A stretch of DNA of 64,000 nt from Patescibacteria group bacterium (GCA_040390725.1 JAZJXT010000002.1:28450-92449), one strand, 5' to 3'; counted from the stretch's first letter, positions 44,978 through 55,834 are shown. Numbers and translations: made by a program. The notes: a model not told the origin generated them from the sequence alone.

Positions 44978-47900
44978 ATGTCTGAAGAAAAAAATAATAA
45001 AAATACAAAATCAATAAATGCAGAGAGGGAGGAGAAAATTCTGAAATTCTGGGCGGAAAATAAAATTTTTGAAAAATCTATTGAAAAAGAAGCGCCGAAG
45101 GGGAATTATGTTTTTTATGATGGTCCGCCTTTTGCAACGGGGTTGCCACACTACGGGCATATCTTGGGAAGCACTGTGAAAGATGTCATCGGGCGGTATC
45201 AGACGATGCGTGGATTCCGTGTGCCTAGGCGTTGGGGTTGGGATTGTCACGGTTTGCCTATTGAAAATATCGTGGAAAAAGATTTGGGAATTTCCGGACG
45301 GAAAGCCATTGAAGAATTTGGTATTGATAAATTTACCGAGCACGCGCGGAGTAAAGTGCTGACTTATGTGGAAGAATGGCGAAAGACTGTGAACCGCATG
45401 GGGCGATGGGTGGATTTTGATAATTCTTATAAGACAATGGACAATACTTTTATTGAAAGTGTGTGGTGGGCGCTCGGCGAATTGCATAAAAAAGAATTGT
45501 TGTATGAGGGTGTGCGAGTACTCGCGTATTGTCCGAGGTGTGAGACGCCTATCGCAAATTCTGAAATTGCGATGGATAATAGTTATAAAGATATTACTGA
45601 TATTTCTGTGTACGTGAAGTTTAAGATAATCACCGACCAAGAAATTTCTAGGTCCTCGGGTCGCGTCGCTTCTGAGGTTTTTCCTGCGGAAAAACAAACG
45701 AAGCTAGCTCAACCAGACGCTAAAAATTCCTTGGTCGGCTCGTATCTTTTAGCTTGGACGACGACGCCGTGGTCTTTGCCGGGGGATACTGCTCTAGCGA
45801 TAAATAAAAATATAAAATATGTGAAAGTTGAACACAATGGCGAATTTTATATTTTGGCGGAAGATAGAATAAAATTCGTGCCGACATTGAAAGATATAGA
45901 ATTTAAAAAAGGAGAAAATATGTGGGATGTAAATGCGGAGGAACTTATTGGTAAAAGTTACGAACCGCCTTTTGATTATTATAAAAATGCAGACTTGCCG
46001 CACAAAGAAAATATTTGGAAAATTTGGCATGCAGATTTTGTGACTATTGATGCGGGTACGGGTATAGCGCACGAGGCGCCGGCTTTTGGTGAGGAAGATA
46101 TGAACTTGGCAAAGGAAAATAATATTCCTTTTATTCGACATGTCGAGCCGAACGGAGTTTTCTCAAAAGAAGTGACGGATTTCGCTGGAACAAAAGTAAA
46201 ACCAAAAGAAGACCATCAGTCGGGAGATGTTTTGATAATAAAATATTTAGCAGGGAAAGGTTTGCTTTTTGCGAAAGAAAAAATAATCCACTCGTATCCG
46301 CATTGTTATAGATGTGATACGCCTTTGCTTTATTACGCTTTGCCGTCGTGGTTTGTAAATATTCAAAAAGTAAAAAATGATTTGCTTGAAAAAGCGCAAG
46401 AGATGAACTGGATTCCGGCGCATTTAAAAGACGGACGTTTTAAAAACATAATGGAAAACGCGCCGGATTGGACTATTTCTAGGAATAGATATTGGGCAAG
46501 TCCTTTGCCTATTTGGAAATCAGAAAGTGGAAAAATAATGATGGTGAGTTCACTCGAAGATTTGAGAAATAAAACAAAAAAATCAGGAAATAAATTTTTC
46601 GTAATGCGTCACGGGGAAGCAGATCATAACGTGAAACAGCTTTGCAGTAGTGGACCAAATGACCCGCATCATTTGACGGAAAATGGAAAAGCAAAGGCAA
46701 AAGAATCCGCCCAGAAATTAAAAAATGAAAAAATAGACTATATATATGTATCGCCATTTGTGCGCACAAAAGAAACAGCAGAAATTGTCGCAAAAGAAAT
46801 AGGTTTATCCTCGGATAAAATAATTATAGATAATCGTTTACATGAAGTAAATTGGGGGGATTTTGATGGTAAAACTTTTGCAGAAGGCATGGCTTTTGTT
46901 AAAGAAAAAATGATGACCGCAGATGTACCATTGCCAAATGGCGAGTGTTGGCAGGATGTGAAAAATAGAGTGGGGGATTGTATTTACGACGTTGATTCAA
47001 AACATAAAAATTCTAATATTTTATTTGTCGGGCATGGAGGCACATTGGAAATCTTGCCAACTATTGCAAAAGGTTTTAACCAAACAGAAACTATGCAAGA
47101 AGTAATGCGGACAGTAGGAGGGAAAGTTTATGTCCCTGGAGAATTTTATGAATTAAATTTTGTTTCCATACCGCATAATGCAAAATATGAACTCGACCTG
47201 CACCGACCTTATATAGATGCAATAATTTTGGCAGACGAAAAAGGAGAAGAGTATAAAAGAATTCCTGAAGTTATCGATTGTTGGTTTGAGTCCGGCTCGA
47301 TGCCTTTTGCGCAGGACCATTTTCCATTTGAGAATCCAAATTGGCAGAAAGAAAATTTCCCCGCAGGTTTCGTGGCGGAATACATAGCGCAGACGAGGAC
47401 ATGGTTTTACTATACGCATGCAATTTCTACGATGCTCTTTGAGCATGCGCCATTTAAAAATGTCGTGACCACTGGCACAGTGCTCGCGGAAGACGGCAGT
47501 AAAATGTCTAAATCAAAAAATAATTTCCCTGACCCTTGGATATTGTTTGAAAAATACGGCGTGGATGCTTTGCGTTTTTATTTGATGTCTAGTCCTTTGA
47601 TGAAAGGGGAAGATGTGAACTTCTCTGAAAAATCTGTGCAGGAAATCTCCAGTAAAATAATAGGCCGACTCGATAATGTTTTTGCTTTTTATGAATTATA
47701 CAGAGACAGAAATTTAGAAAGTGAAAATGCAAAACCTGAAAGTAAAAATGTTTTGGATATTTGGATTCTATCTCGATTGGAACAATTGATTTCTGAAGCA
47801 ACAAAAAATATGGAAGCTTATGATTTGGCTTTGGCGACGCGACCTTTTGAATTATTTATGGAAGACCTTTCGACTTGGTATTTGCGTCGTTCACGCGAGA

Positions 47901-48568
47901 GATTAAAAGATGGTGACAAAGATGCCAGACAAACTTTATATTTTGTTTTGAAAAATACTGTAAAATTACTCGCTCCTTTTACACCGTTTATTTCGGAAGA
48001 TATTTGGGCAAAATTAAGAAACGAAAACGATGTAGAGAGTGTGCATTTAGCTGAATGGCCAGAAGTATCAGTGGTTAATATTTCTACGGATGAAATGCAA
48101 ATTGCAAAGATGCAGATTGTAAGAAATTTTGTTTCTCTTGGCTTAAAAGAAAGACAAAAAGCGGGAATCCCTGTCAGGCAACCGCTTAAATCAATCAGTG
48201 TTTCAAATATGGTTTTAGAAAGTTATTACAAAGATCTTATTAAAGATGAGTTGAATGTAAAAGAAGTTTTGGAAATATCTTTAAATGAAGGTGAAGTAAA
48301 ACTTGATACAGAAATAACTCCAGAATTAAAAATGGAAGGGGATTATCGCGAGCTAGTGCGAGCTGTGCAAGACATGCGAAAAGCAAAAGGTTTAATGCCG
48401 AGCGATATTATTACGTTGACTATTGATACTGATACAAAAGGTCAAGAAATAATAAATAAATTTAAAGAAGAATTCTTGAAAGTTGTCGGCGCGAAAGAAA
48501 TAATGTTTGGCGAAAATGATGGAATGGAAGTAAAAATTGATTCTCTAATTTTTAAGATTAAAATATAA
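44978..48568 (+). CDS. ileS: isoleucyl-tRNA synthetase carrying an internal histidine-phosphatase-like domain
   Basis: PPFATGLPHYGHILG (HIGH), KMSKSKNN, WTISRNRYWASPLPIW, zinc knuckles CPRCETP/CYRCDTP. ATG at 44978. Residues ~520-740 form an RHGE...HGG phosphatase-like insertion. Confidence 0.9.
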   Translation: MSEEKNNKNTKSINAEREEKILKFWAENKIFEKSIEKEAPKGNYVFYDGPPFATGLPHYGHILGSTVKDVIGRYQTMRGFRVPRRWGWDCHGLPIENIVEKDLGISGRKAIEEFGIDKFTEHARSKVLTYVEEWRKTVNRMGRWVDFDNSYKTMDNTFIESVWWALGELHKKELLYEGVRVLAYCPRCETPIANSEIAMDNSYKDITDISVYVKFKIITDQEISRSSGRVASEVFPAEKQTKLAQPDAKNSLVGSYLLAWTTTPWSLPGDTALAINKNIKYVKVEHNGEFYILAEDRIKFVPTLKDIEFKKGENMWDVNAEELIGKSYEPPFDYYKNADLPHKENIWKIWHADFVTIDAGTGIAHEAPAFGEEDMNLAKENNIPFIRHVEPNGVFSKEVTDFAGTKVKPKEDHQSGDVLIIKYLAGKGLLFAKEKIIHSYPHCYRCDTPLLYYALPSWFVNIQKVKNDLLEKAQEMNWIPAHLKDGRFKNIMENAPDWTISRNRYWASPLPIWKSESGKIMMVSSLEDLRNKTKKSGNKFFVMRHGEADHNVKQLCSSGPNDPHHLTENGKAKAKESAQKLKNEKIDYIYVSPFVRTKETAEIVAKEIGLSSDKIIIDNRLHEVNWGDFDGKTFAEGMAFVKEKMMTADVPLPNGECWQDVKNRVGDCIYDVDSKHKNSNILFVGHGGTLEILPTIAKGFNQTETMQEVMRTVGGKVYVPGEFYELNFVSIPHNAKYELDLHRPYIDAIILADEKGEEYKRIPEVIDCWFESGSMPFAQDHFPFENPNWQKENFPAGFVAEYIAQTRTWFYYTHAISTMLFEHAPFKNVVTTGTVLAEDGSKMSKSKNNFPDPWILFEKYGVDALRFYLMSSPLMKGEDVNFSEKSVQEISSKIIGRLDNVFAFYELYRDRNLESENAKPESKNVLDIWILSRLEQLISEATKNMEAYDLALATRPFELFMEDLSTWYLRRSRERLKDGDKDARQTLYFVLKNTVKLLAPFTPFISEDIWAKLRNENDVESVHLAEWPEVSVVNISTDEMQIAKMQIVRNFVSLGLKERQKAGIPVRQPLKSISVSNMVLESYYKDLIKDELNVKEVLEISLNEGEVKLDTEITPELKMEGDYRELVRAVQDMRKAKGLMPSDIITLTIDTDTKGQEIINKFKEEFLKVVGAKEIMFGENDGMEVKIDSLIFKIKI

Positions 48569-48570
48569 TT

Positions 48571-49179
48571 ATGAAAAAATTAGTACTTTTTGATTTTGAT
48601 GGGGTGTTGGTGGACACTTTGAATATTTGCTACACCATTAGTAGTGAAGTAAATGAGTGTATGGATATAGAAGAATATAAAAAGTTTTTTGAAGTTAATA
48701 TAAATGATGCACTAAGAAAAGATGGAAGCAAGAGGATACTTAATCCTAATTTTCATGAAAGATTTTTAGATAATATACGGAAAGTAAAAATCCCGGAAAT
48801 TTTGAAAGTGACATTAAGAGATTTATCTAAAAAATATAAAATTTTTATTGTGTCTTCAACTTCTACGGAAACTTTAAAACATGTATTAGCTATTGAAGAG
48901 GTGTCTCAATATTTTACAGAGCTATTGGGTAGAGATGTTCACGCAAGTAAAGTTGTAAAAACAAAAATGCTTTTGGAAAAATATAATGTTAAGCCCACAG
49001 ATGCGGTATTTATTACCGATACTACTGGGGACATAAAGGAGGCAAGAGAGTGCGAGGTAGAATCCATCGCGGTGACTTGGGGTTTTCATGAAGAGGAAAC
49101 ATTAAAAAAAGCCAATCCGGCAAAAATAATAAACAATCCGGAATACTTACTCGGTGCGATAGAAGATATGTTAAAATAA
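48571..49179 (+). CDS. HAD-superfamily hydrolase (phosphatase)
   Basis: LVLFDFDGVLVDT motif I; motif II/III pattern (VSST...TDTTGD). Confidence 0.8.
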   Translation: MKKLVLFDFDGVLVDTLNICYTISSEVNECMDIEEYKKFFEVNINDALRKDGSKRILNPNFHERFLDNIRKVKIPEILKVTLRDLSKKYKIFIVSSTSTETLKHVLAIEEVSQYFTELLGRDVHASKVVKTKMLLEKYNVKPTDAVFITDTTGDIKEARECEVESIAVTWGFHEEETLKKANPAKIINNPEYLLGAIEDMLK

Positions 49180-49180
49180 G

Positions 49181-49765
49181 TTGATGCATCACATTTATCA
49201 CACAGAAGGAATAATTTTAGGTAGTAAGGCTTATGGCGAAGCGGGGAAATGTTATTACATTTTTACAAAAGATTTAGGGATGATTTTTGCTTCGGCGCAG
49301 GGGGTGCGGAAAATTTCTTCGAAACTTCGCTATGTTCTGCAAGATTTTTCTTATATAAAATTAGATTTGGTAAGGGGGAAAGATTTTTGGCGATTAACGA
49401 GTGCTTCGAAAACAAATGCTTTGGAAAATATTTCTAAAAATCCGGAAACTTTTGCCGTCGTTTTCAATGTGTCGCGACTTTTAAAACGTCTGCTCGCCGG
49501 TGAGGAAAAAAATGAGATATTATTTACTGACTTAATAAATGGATTTTCTGTTTTGGAAAAAGCAGAAAACAAAGAAGATTTGCAAAATATCGAAGCGATA
49601 ATAGTTTTGCGTGTATTACACAACTTGGGTTACATAGGTGGAAGTGAAAAACTCAGCGCCCTAATACAATCGCCATTTGAAGAAAATCTTATTTTTGAAG
49701 CCGGAAAAAGCCGAACAAAAATGCTTTCTGAAATCAATAAGGCTCTCAAGGAAACACATTTGTAA
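49181..49765 (+). CDS. recO: DNA repair protein RecO
   Basis: N-terminal OB-fold signature TEGIILGSKAYGEAGKCYYIFTKDLGMIFASAQGVRK. Confidence 0.7.
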   Translation: MMHHIYHTEGIILGSKAYGEAGKCYYIFTKDLGMIFASAQGVRKISSKLRYVLQDFSYIKLDLVRGKDFWRLTSASKTNALENISKNPETFAVVFNVSRLLKRLLAGEEKNEILFTDLINGFSVLEKAENKEDLQNIEAIIVLRVLHNLGYIGGSEKLSALIQSPFEENLIFEAGKSRTKMLSEINKALKETHL

Positions 49766-49820
49766 GTCTTTGTTCTCCGGGAGATTTTTATAATCTTGTT
49801 TAGGGTGTTATACTTAAGAA

Positions 49821-51746
49821 ATGCTAGAGAATGATAATGAAAAGCTTAATAGATTGGAAGACCTAAAGATGAGGCTTGTCAGCAAGGGTTATAGGCCAGA
49901 AGGTCCTCGTCGTGAAATATTTATTCCTCACCGAAAACAAGAAGTGCCGGATTCTTGGAAAAAAGAAGAAGATGATGATGAAAGCATGGAGGATAAATTT
50001 TTTACTAAAACATCAATGTTCAAGAAATTTTTTATTTTTTCAATTATTTTTTTTGTTTTGGCTTGCGGGCTCGCTTCTTACTTTTTCTTTTTTGGAGGAA
50101 ACACAGTTTCAAATGACAATATAGACATAGCTGTTTTGGGTAATACTTTTACTGCCGGCGGGGAAGAGCTCCCTTTGCAGATTGAGATTACAAATAAAAA
50201 TAATACTGATCTTCAACTAGTGGATATGGTTCTAGAATACCCAAAGGGCACTGCTGACCAGTCTGGCAATACGGAACATTTTCGTCAATCACTGGGCACT
50301 ATTCCTGCCGGTTCTATTCATACGGAAAATGTTAAAATAATTTTGTTTGGTGAACAAAACAGTATTCAGCCGGTAAAAATTTCTCTCGAGTATCGAGTCG
50401 AAGGTTCTAATGCAATTTTTGTTAAGGAAAAAGATTATGAAGTTTCTATCAGCTCAGCGCCCATCAACCTTTCCGTCGATGCGCCTGCTGAAGTCAGCCC
50501 AAATCAAGATGTCACTTTAAATATTAAAGCGACTTTAAATGCTACAAAAACTGCTTCAAAAATGTTGCTCAAAATAGATTATCCGATAGGTTTTCAATTT
50601 GAAAATGCGACTCCTAGTCCTTTTTCAGGGAATAATGTTTGGAATCTAGGAGACCTTGCCCCAGGGTCAGAGACCAGTATTTCAGTGACTGGCAAGATGG
50701 TAGATGTATCAGAAGGGGAAGATAAAACTTTTCATATTTGGAGCGGTTCACAGAGTGAGACAGATAAATCTGTGATCGGGGTTGTATTTAGTTCTTTGGG
50801 GCAAACAATAAATATCAAGAAACCATTTATCGCGGCGCAACTTTTTGTAAATGGTGTGTACCAGAGAGAGTACGCAGCAGATTCCAAAACCCCTATTCGG
50901 GGTGAGATACGTTGGGTAAATAATTTACCCGTAAAGATGAACGATCTTGTTATCAAAGCTAAAATTTCCGGCAATGCGATGGATAGAAAAACAATTACTT
51001 CCAGTCAAGGATTTTATGATTCCACTCAAGACACGATAGTCTGGGATAAAAATTCTGACAATAATTTTTCTGAAGTTTCCCCGGGTGACAGAGGCACGGT
51101 TTCATTTTCTGTTTTACCTTTGCCTCTTTTTTCTGGAGGTGGGATGTTGGTTGATCCTAGTATCAAAATCGATGTTTCTATCGCAGGCAAGCAAGCTCTA
51201 TCAGGTAATGCTTTGCAAGAATTAAATAATTCAGAATCTAAAATCGTGAGAATAATTTCTGACGTAGGGTTTGCAAATAAAGCATTGTATTATTCAGGAC
51301 CTTTTACCAATACCGGACCTATTCCGCCAAAGGTGGAAAAAGAAACGACATATACTATAGTATGGTCTCTTTCTAACACTGCGAATAATATTTCCAAAGC
51401 GCAAGTGAGGGCTACTTTGCCAGAGTGGATAAATTTTGTCGGACACATTTCTCCTGACACCGAAGATTTAACTTTTAATTCTGGAACAAAGGAAATTGTT
51501 TGGAATGTCGGTGGTATTCCAAAGGGTACAGGTATTACCGAGGCTGATAGGGAAGTTGCTTTTCAAGTTTCGCTTACGCCATCACTTTCACAAGTGGGCA
51601 CTGCTCCGGTTATTATCAACGATGCCACTTTGACCGGACACGATGATTTTGCTAATGTGGATGTGCGGGTAAACAAAACGTCCCTCAATACAAAGCTATC
51701 GAGTGATTCAGCGGCAGGGATCGGTTCGGAGAGAGTGTCTGAGTAG
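49821..51746 (+). CDS. membrane-anchored extracytoplasmic protein (641 aa), unknown function
   Basis: Charged N-terminus, single TM (FFIFSIIFFVLACGLASYFFFF), then a long beta-rich ectodomain. Confidence 0.5.
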   Translation: MLENDNEKLNRLEDLKMRLVSKGYRPEGPRREIFIPHRKQEVPDSWKKEEDDDESMEDKFFTKTSMFKKFFIFSIIFFVLACGLASYFFFFGGNTVSNDNIDIAVLGNTFTAGGEELPLQIEITNKNNTDLQLVDMVLEYPKGTADQSGNTEHFRQSLGTIPAGSIHTENVKIILFGEQNSIQPVKISLEYRVEGSNAIFVKEKDYEVSISSAPINLSVDAPAEVSPNQDVTLNIKATLNATKTASKMLLKIDYPIGFQFENATPSPFSGNNVWNLGDLAPGSETSISVTGKMVDVSEGEDKTFHIWSGSQSETDKSVIGVVFSSLGQTINIKKPFIAAQLFVNGVYQREYAADSKTPIRGEIRWVNNLPVKMNDLVIKAKISGNAMDRKTITSSQGFYDSTQDTIVWDKNSDNNFSEVSPGDRGTVSFSVLPLPLFSGGGMLVDPSIKIDVSIAGKQALSGNALQELNNSESKIVRIISDVGFANKALYYSGPFTNTGPIPPKVEKETTYTIVWSLSNTANNISKAQVRATLPEWINFVGHISPDTEDLTFNSGTKEIVWNVGGIPKGTGITEADREVAFQVSLTPSLSQVGTAPVIINDATLTGHDDFANVDVRVNKTSLNTKLSSDSAAGIGSERVSE

Positions 51747-51784
51747 TTGGTTAAGAATTATAAATTAAAAATTAAGATTTACTA

Positions 51785-53008
51785 ATGATAAATAAAAATG
51801 ATGATAATTTAATGGAGAAAATAGTTTCGCTTTGTAAAAGGCGCGGTTTTGTTTTTCCCGGTTCAGAAATATACGGAGGGTTTGCTGGTTTTTATGATTA
51901 TGGGCATCTCGGCCTAGCATTACAGAATAATATAAAGAATTCTTGGTGGAAAAAATTTGTGGATAATAGGCGCGATATGTACGGTATAAATTCCGCGATA
52001 ATTTTGAATCCAAAAGTTTGGGAGGCGACGGGGCACGTGGCGAATTTTGCGGATCCGCTCGACGGCAAAGCTTTTAATACTATGTTAACAACTAACGTAG
52101 GTGCCGGAGAAGAATCAACCTTATCATATCTGCGCCCGGAGACTGCTCAGGGAATATTTGTTAATTTTAAAAATACTGTAGATGCGTATCATCCGAAGCT
52201 TCCTTTTGGCATGGCGCAAATCGGCAAGGCATTCAGGAATGAAATTGCTCCGCGGGATTTTACTTTTAGGCAGAGAGAATTTGAACAGATGGAAATAGAA
52301 TATTTTGTACGCGCTGAAGATTGGGAAAAATATTTTACTTATTGGCAAGATGAAGTGAATGAATGGATAGAAGAAATAGGGCTCGATATGAGCAAAATGC
52401 ACGAGCTCGAAGTAGAAGAAGCTGACCGTGCACATTATTCAAAAAGAACGATAGATTTTGAGTTTGATTTTCCTTTTGGCAGGAAAGAACTTTTTGGTTT
52501 GGCGTATCGTTCTGATTTTGATTTAAAAACTCACAAGATTGAATATGTGGATGAAGATGCAGGAGGAAAGATTATCCCGCATGTCATAGAGCCGTCTTTT
52601 GGGTTGGACCGCGCATTTTTGGCTTTGCTTATTTCCGCTTACACGGAAGATAATTCCAAAGACGAAATGCGTCCGTATTTGAAATTCAAGCCAAGCATCG
52701 CACCGATTATTTGTGCAGTTTCACCTTTACTAAAAAATAAACCTGAGCTAGTAGAGTATGCGAATGTAAAAGTTTTTGCTATGCTCAAAGCTGAATTTGG
52801 CAGAGTGGCTTGGGATGACAATGGTAATATCGGCAAACGCTATCGCCGACAAGATGAAATCGGCACGCCATTTTGCATAGTTATAGATTTTGAGACACTG
52901 GAAGGCGACACAAAAGATACCGTAACAATCCGCGACCGCGATACTGGCGAGCAGGAGAGAGTGAAAGTTTCCGAACTTGTGGGGTATATAAAAAGTAAAT
53001 TGGAATAA
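51785..53008 (+). CDS. glyQS: glycyl-tRNA synthetase (alpha2 dimeric type)
   Basis: RRGFVFPGSEIYGGFAGFYDYGHLG class II motif 1; FRNEIAPR motif 2. Confidence 0.85.
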   Translation: MINKNDDNLMEKIVSLCKRRGFVFPGSEIYGGFAGFYDYGHLGLALQNNIKNSWWKKFVDNRRDMYGINSAIILNPKVWEATGHVANFADPLDGKAFNTMLTTNVGAGEESTLSYLRPETAQGIFVNFKNTVDAYHPKLPFGMAQIGKAFRNEIAPRDFTFRQREFEQMEIEYFVRAEDWEKYFTYWQDEVNEWIEEIGLDMSKMHELEVEEADRAHYSKRTIDFEFDFPFGRKELFGLAYRSDFDLKTHKIEYVDEDAGGKIIPHVIEPSFGLDRAFLALLISAYTEDNSKDEMRPYLKFKPSIAPIICAVSPLLKNKPELVEYANVKVFAMLKAEFGRVAWDDNGNIGKRYRRQDEIGTPFCIVIDFETLEGDTKDTVTIRDRDTGEQERVKVSELVGYIKSKLE

Positions 53009-53009
53009 A

Positions 53010-53447
53010 ATGATAGAAAATTACAAAAATGTAATAATTGCACCTTCTTTTGAACACTTAAGTGCGTTGCAGAAAGAAGAGGATTTTAAAAAAATAAATA
53101 AAAATAGGCTTATTAAAATTGAAGAAAATCTTGTTGCTGTTGAGATGATAATGATAGAAATAGAAGAGGATATAAGTGATCAAGAACATAAGATTAAAAA
53201 TTTAAAATTTATTACAAAGGATAATGACGAAAGTAGTAAAATTAAATTGCGGAGTGCAAAAAGTGTTTTAAGAAATTTTAAAAATGAATTGGCGAAAAGT
53301 ATTTCTCTCAGAAATGACCTTCTTAATTCTATTGATGAAATTAAGTTACAAAATGATATTGCCTCGTTAAATTTAGAGGAGGTTGAAAAACAAATAAAAA
53401 CATTTAAAGAAAATTTATTAAATATATCAAAAGGTTCACAGAATTGA
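53010..53447 (+). CDS. hypothetical coiled-coil protein
   Basis: ORF with heptad-like charged repeats. Confidence 0.4.
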   Translation: MIENYKNVIIAPSFEHLSALQKEEDFKKINKNRLIKIEENLVAVEMIMIEIEEDISDQEHKIKNLKFITKDNDESSKIKLRSAKSVLRNFKNELAKSISLRNDLLNSIDEIKLQNDIASLNLEEVEKQIKTFKENLLNISKGSQN

Positions 53448-53450
53448 AAT

Positions 53451-54719
53451 ATGAAATTCAAAAAAATAATTTTAAAGAATGGGCTCAGGGTGGTGATGGT
53501 GCCGATGAAGGATAACCCGACGGCGACTGTTTTGGTGTTGGTGGAAACGGGTTCTAAATACGAAAATAAAAAGAATAATGGCATATCACATTTCTTGGAG
53601 CATATGTGTTTTAAGGGTACGGAGAAAAGGCCGAAGGCTATAGATATTTCAAAAGAATTGGATGCACTCGGCTCGCAATATAATGCATTTACGGCGCAGG
53701 AATACACAGGCTATTATGCTAAAAGTGATGCTCGACATTTCAAACAGATTTTCGATATTGTTTCTGACATTTATTTGAATTCCACTTTCCCCGATGCAGA
53801 AATTGAAAAAGAAAAAGGCGTGATAATCGAGGAAATAAATATGTACGAAGATATGCCTAGCAGGCATGTGCAGGATTTGTTTATGGAATTACTTTATGGT
53901 GACCAACCGGCAGGATGGAATATTGCAGGGGAGAAAGAAAATATTTTAAAAATGAAACGCAGTGATTTTGTCGATTATAAAAAAGCACATTACGTACCGG
54001 AAGCGACGGTGATGATAGTCGCAGGGAAAGTGACGGAGAAAGAAATAATGCAAGAAGTTAAAAAAGTTTTCGGAAAAATTCCAAGAAGCAAGAAACATGG
54101 AAAATTAAAAGTAAAAGAAAAACAAACAAAGCCGGAAGTTTTGGTGAAATTTAAAAAGACGGATCAGACGCATTTTGTGCTAGGTGTGCGAACTTATGAT
54201 TTATTTAATAAAAAAAATGTGGCGCTGGCTGTGCTCGGGGGGATACTAGGTGGGGGAATGAGCTCCAGGCTTTTCCAAAAACTGCGCGAGGAAATGGGTG
54301 TGGGGTATTATGTGCGCGCTTATAATGATGCGTATACTGACCACGGAGTTTTTCAAATTTCCGCCGGAGTGGACAATAAAAGAATCGATGAAGTTATCCA
54401 AGCGGTTCTTTTGGAATGTATAAAACTTAAAATAGAAAAAGTTTCCGAAGAAGAAATGAATAAAGTAAAAGAATGCTTGATAGGTAATATGAAGCTTTCT
54501 TTGGAATCGAGTGATGATATTGCCAATTTTTATGGCGGTCAGGAACTCTTGAAAAAAGAAATAAAATTAGCAGAAGACAAAGCGCAGGAAATCCGCAAAG
54601 TCACAGCAGAACAAATAAAAGACTTGGCTAATAAAATTTTCACAACCAAAATGCTTAACTTGGCAGTCATAGGACCATTTAAAGAAAAAGCTAAGTTTGT
54701 AAAAATTCTAAAATTTTAG
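53451..54719 (+). CDS. M16-family (insulinase/pitrilysin-like) zinc peptidase
   Basis: Inverted zinc motif HFLEHM; distal E...E; two-domain M16 layout. Confidence 0.85.
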   Translation: MKFKKIILKNGLRVVMVPMKDNPTATVLVLVETGSKYENKKNNGISHFLEHMCFKGTEKRPKAIDISKELDALGSQYNAFTAQEYTGYYAKSDARHFKQIFDIVSDIYLNSTFPDAEIEKEKGVIIEEINMYEDMPSRHVQDLFMELLYGDQPAGWNIAGEKENILKMKRSDFVDYKKAHYVPEATVMIVAGKVTEKEIMQEVKKVFGKIPRSKKHGKLKVKEKQTKPEVLVKFKKTDQTHFVLGVRTYDLFNKKNVALAVLGGILGGGMSSRLFQKLREEMGVGYYVRAYNDAYTDHGVFQISAGVDNKRIDEVIQAVLLECIKLKIEKVSEEEMNKVKECLIGNMKLSLESSDDIANFYGGQELLKKEIKLAEDKAQEIRKVTAEQIKDLANKIFTTKMLNLAVIGPFKEKAKFVKILKF

Positions 54720-54757
54720 ATTTTCCTAATTTATTATGTTTGTGTTATAATGCTCTC

Positions 54758-55834
54758 ATGCATGAGAATGGAAAAATGACTACTGTTTCTGTCAGCACCA
54801 ACACCATGATCCGGGCTGTTTTGGTCGGATTGGGATTTTTTCTCATATACTTATTGAGAGATTTGGTTTTGGTTATTTTGACTTCTATCGTCATAGCTTC
54901 ATTTGTGGAGTCTGCTGTTCCAAAGTTTAAAAAAATAGGATTAGGGCGCGTATCCGGAGTTTTTCTTTTGTATCTTATTTCTCTTTTGATTTTGGCTGCC
55001 CTGTTTTATCTTTTTGCCCCGCTTCTCATCACTGAGTTATATAATTTCTCAACATTGCTTTCGTCTTATCTTCCAGATTCCAATTTGCTGAATTTTTTCC
55101 AAAATGACGCTTTTTCCGGGGCTAAAAATATAGTGACGAGTCTTTCACATAATTTTTCTTTAGAGACATTATTGGCGACTTCAAAAGCCTTTGTCGCAAA
55201 CTTGGCCGGTGGATTTTTCCAAACTCTTTCTTCTGCCTTTGGAAGTATTTTTAATGTGACGATGATTATTGTTATTTCTTTTTATCTTTCGATTCAAGAA
55301 AAGGGTATAGAAAACTTTTTGCATATTGTTGTGCCACCAAAACATGAAAATTATGCCGTGGATTTATGGGAACGTTCTCGAAGAAAAATCGCGCTCTGGA
55401 TAAAAGGACAAATGTTATTGGGTCTTCTTATCGCTATTTTAATATATTTATTGCTTTCACTTTTAGGCATATCATACGCGCTTTTGTTGGCTTTACTTAC
55501 CGGCATGATGGAGCTCGTGCCTTATGGGATGCTGATAGCCATGGTCCCGGCGGTCGGCCTCGGATATTTATCAGGAGGATTTACGGGTTCATTTATGGTT
55601 TTAGGCGCATACCTTATTATTCATCAATTTGAAGTTTATTTATTATCTCCTTTGATTGTCAGAAAGGTGACAGGGCTTTCTCCGCTCGTGGTTATACTTG
55701 CGGTGCTCATTGGTTTTGACTTGGCGGGGTTTTGGGGGCTTATTCTTGCTATTCCTTCCGCTGTAGTTATTATGGAATTTTTAAATGATGTTGAAAAAGA
55801 CAAACTTTTTGCCCGTATTAGCCATGAAAAATAG
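54758..55834 (+). CDS. AI-2E family transporter (PerM/UPF0118)
   Basis: Eight predicted TMs with an AI-2E-like pattern. Start uncertain (ATG 54758 or 54776; the ORF track uses TTG 54740). Confidence 0.7.
   Translation: MHENGKMTTVSVSTNTMIRAVLVGLGFFLIYLLRDLVLVILTSIVIASFVESAVPKFKKIGLGRVSGVFLLYLISLLILAALFYLFAPLLITELYNFSTLLSSYLPDSNLLNFFQNDAFSGAKNIVTSLSHNFSLETLLATSKAFVANLAGGFFQTLSSAFGSIFNVTMIIVISFYLSIQEKGIENFLHIVVPPKHENYAVDLWERSRRKIALWIKGQMLLGLLIAILIYLLLSLLGISYALLLALLTGMMELVPYGMLIAMVPAVGLGYLSGGFTGSFMVLGAYLIIHQFEVYLLSPLIVRKVTGLSPLVVILAVLIGFDLAGFWGLILAIPSAVVIMEFLNDVEKDKLFARISHEK

Noticed and set aside
45011-45697. 228-aa minus-strand ORF inside ileS (also 45794-46141, 46509-46793, 47153-47446)
   Set aside because: Antisense to conserved IleRS coding sequence.
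53180-53707. 175-aa minus-strand ORF spanning the hypothetical/M16 peptidase junction
   Set aside because: It overlaps two well-supported plus-strand genes and is low-complexity.
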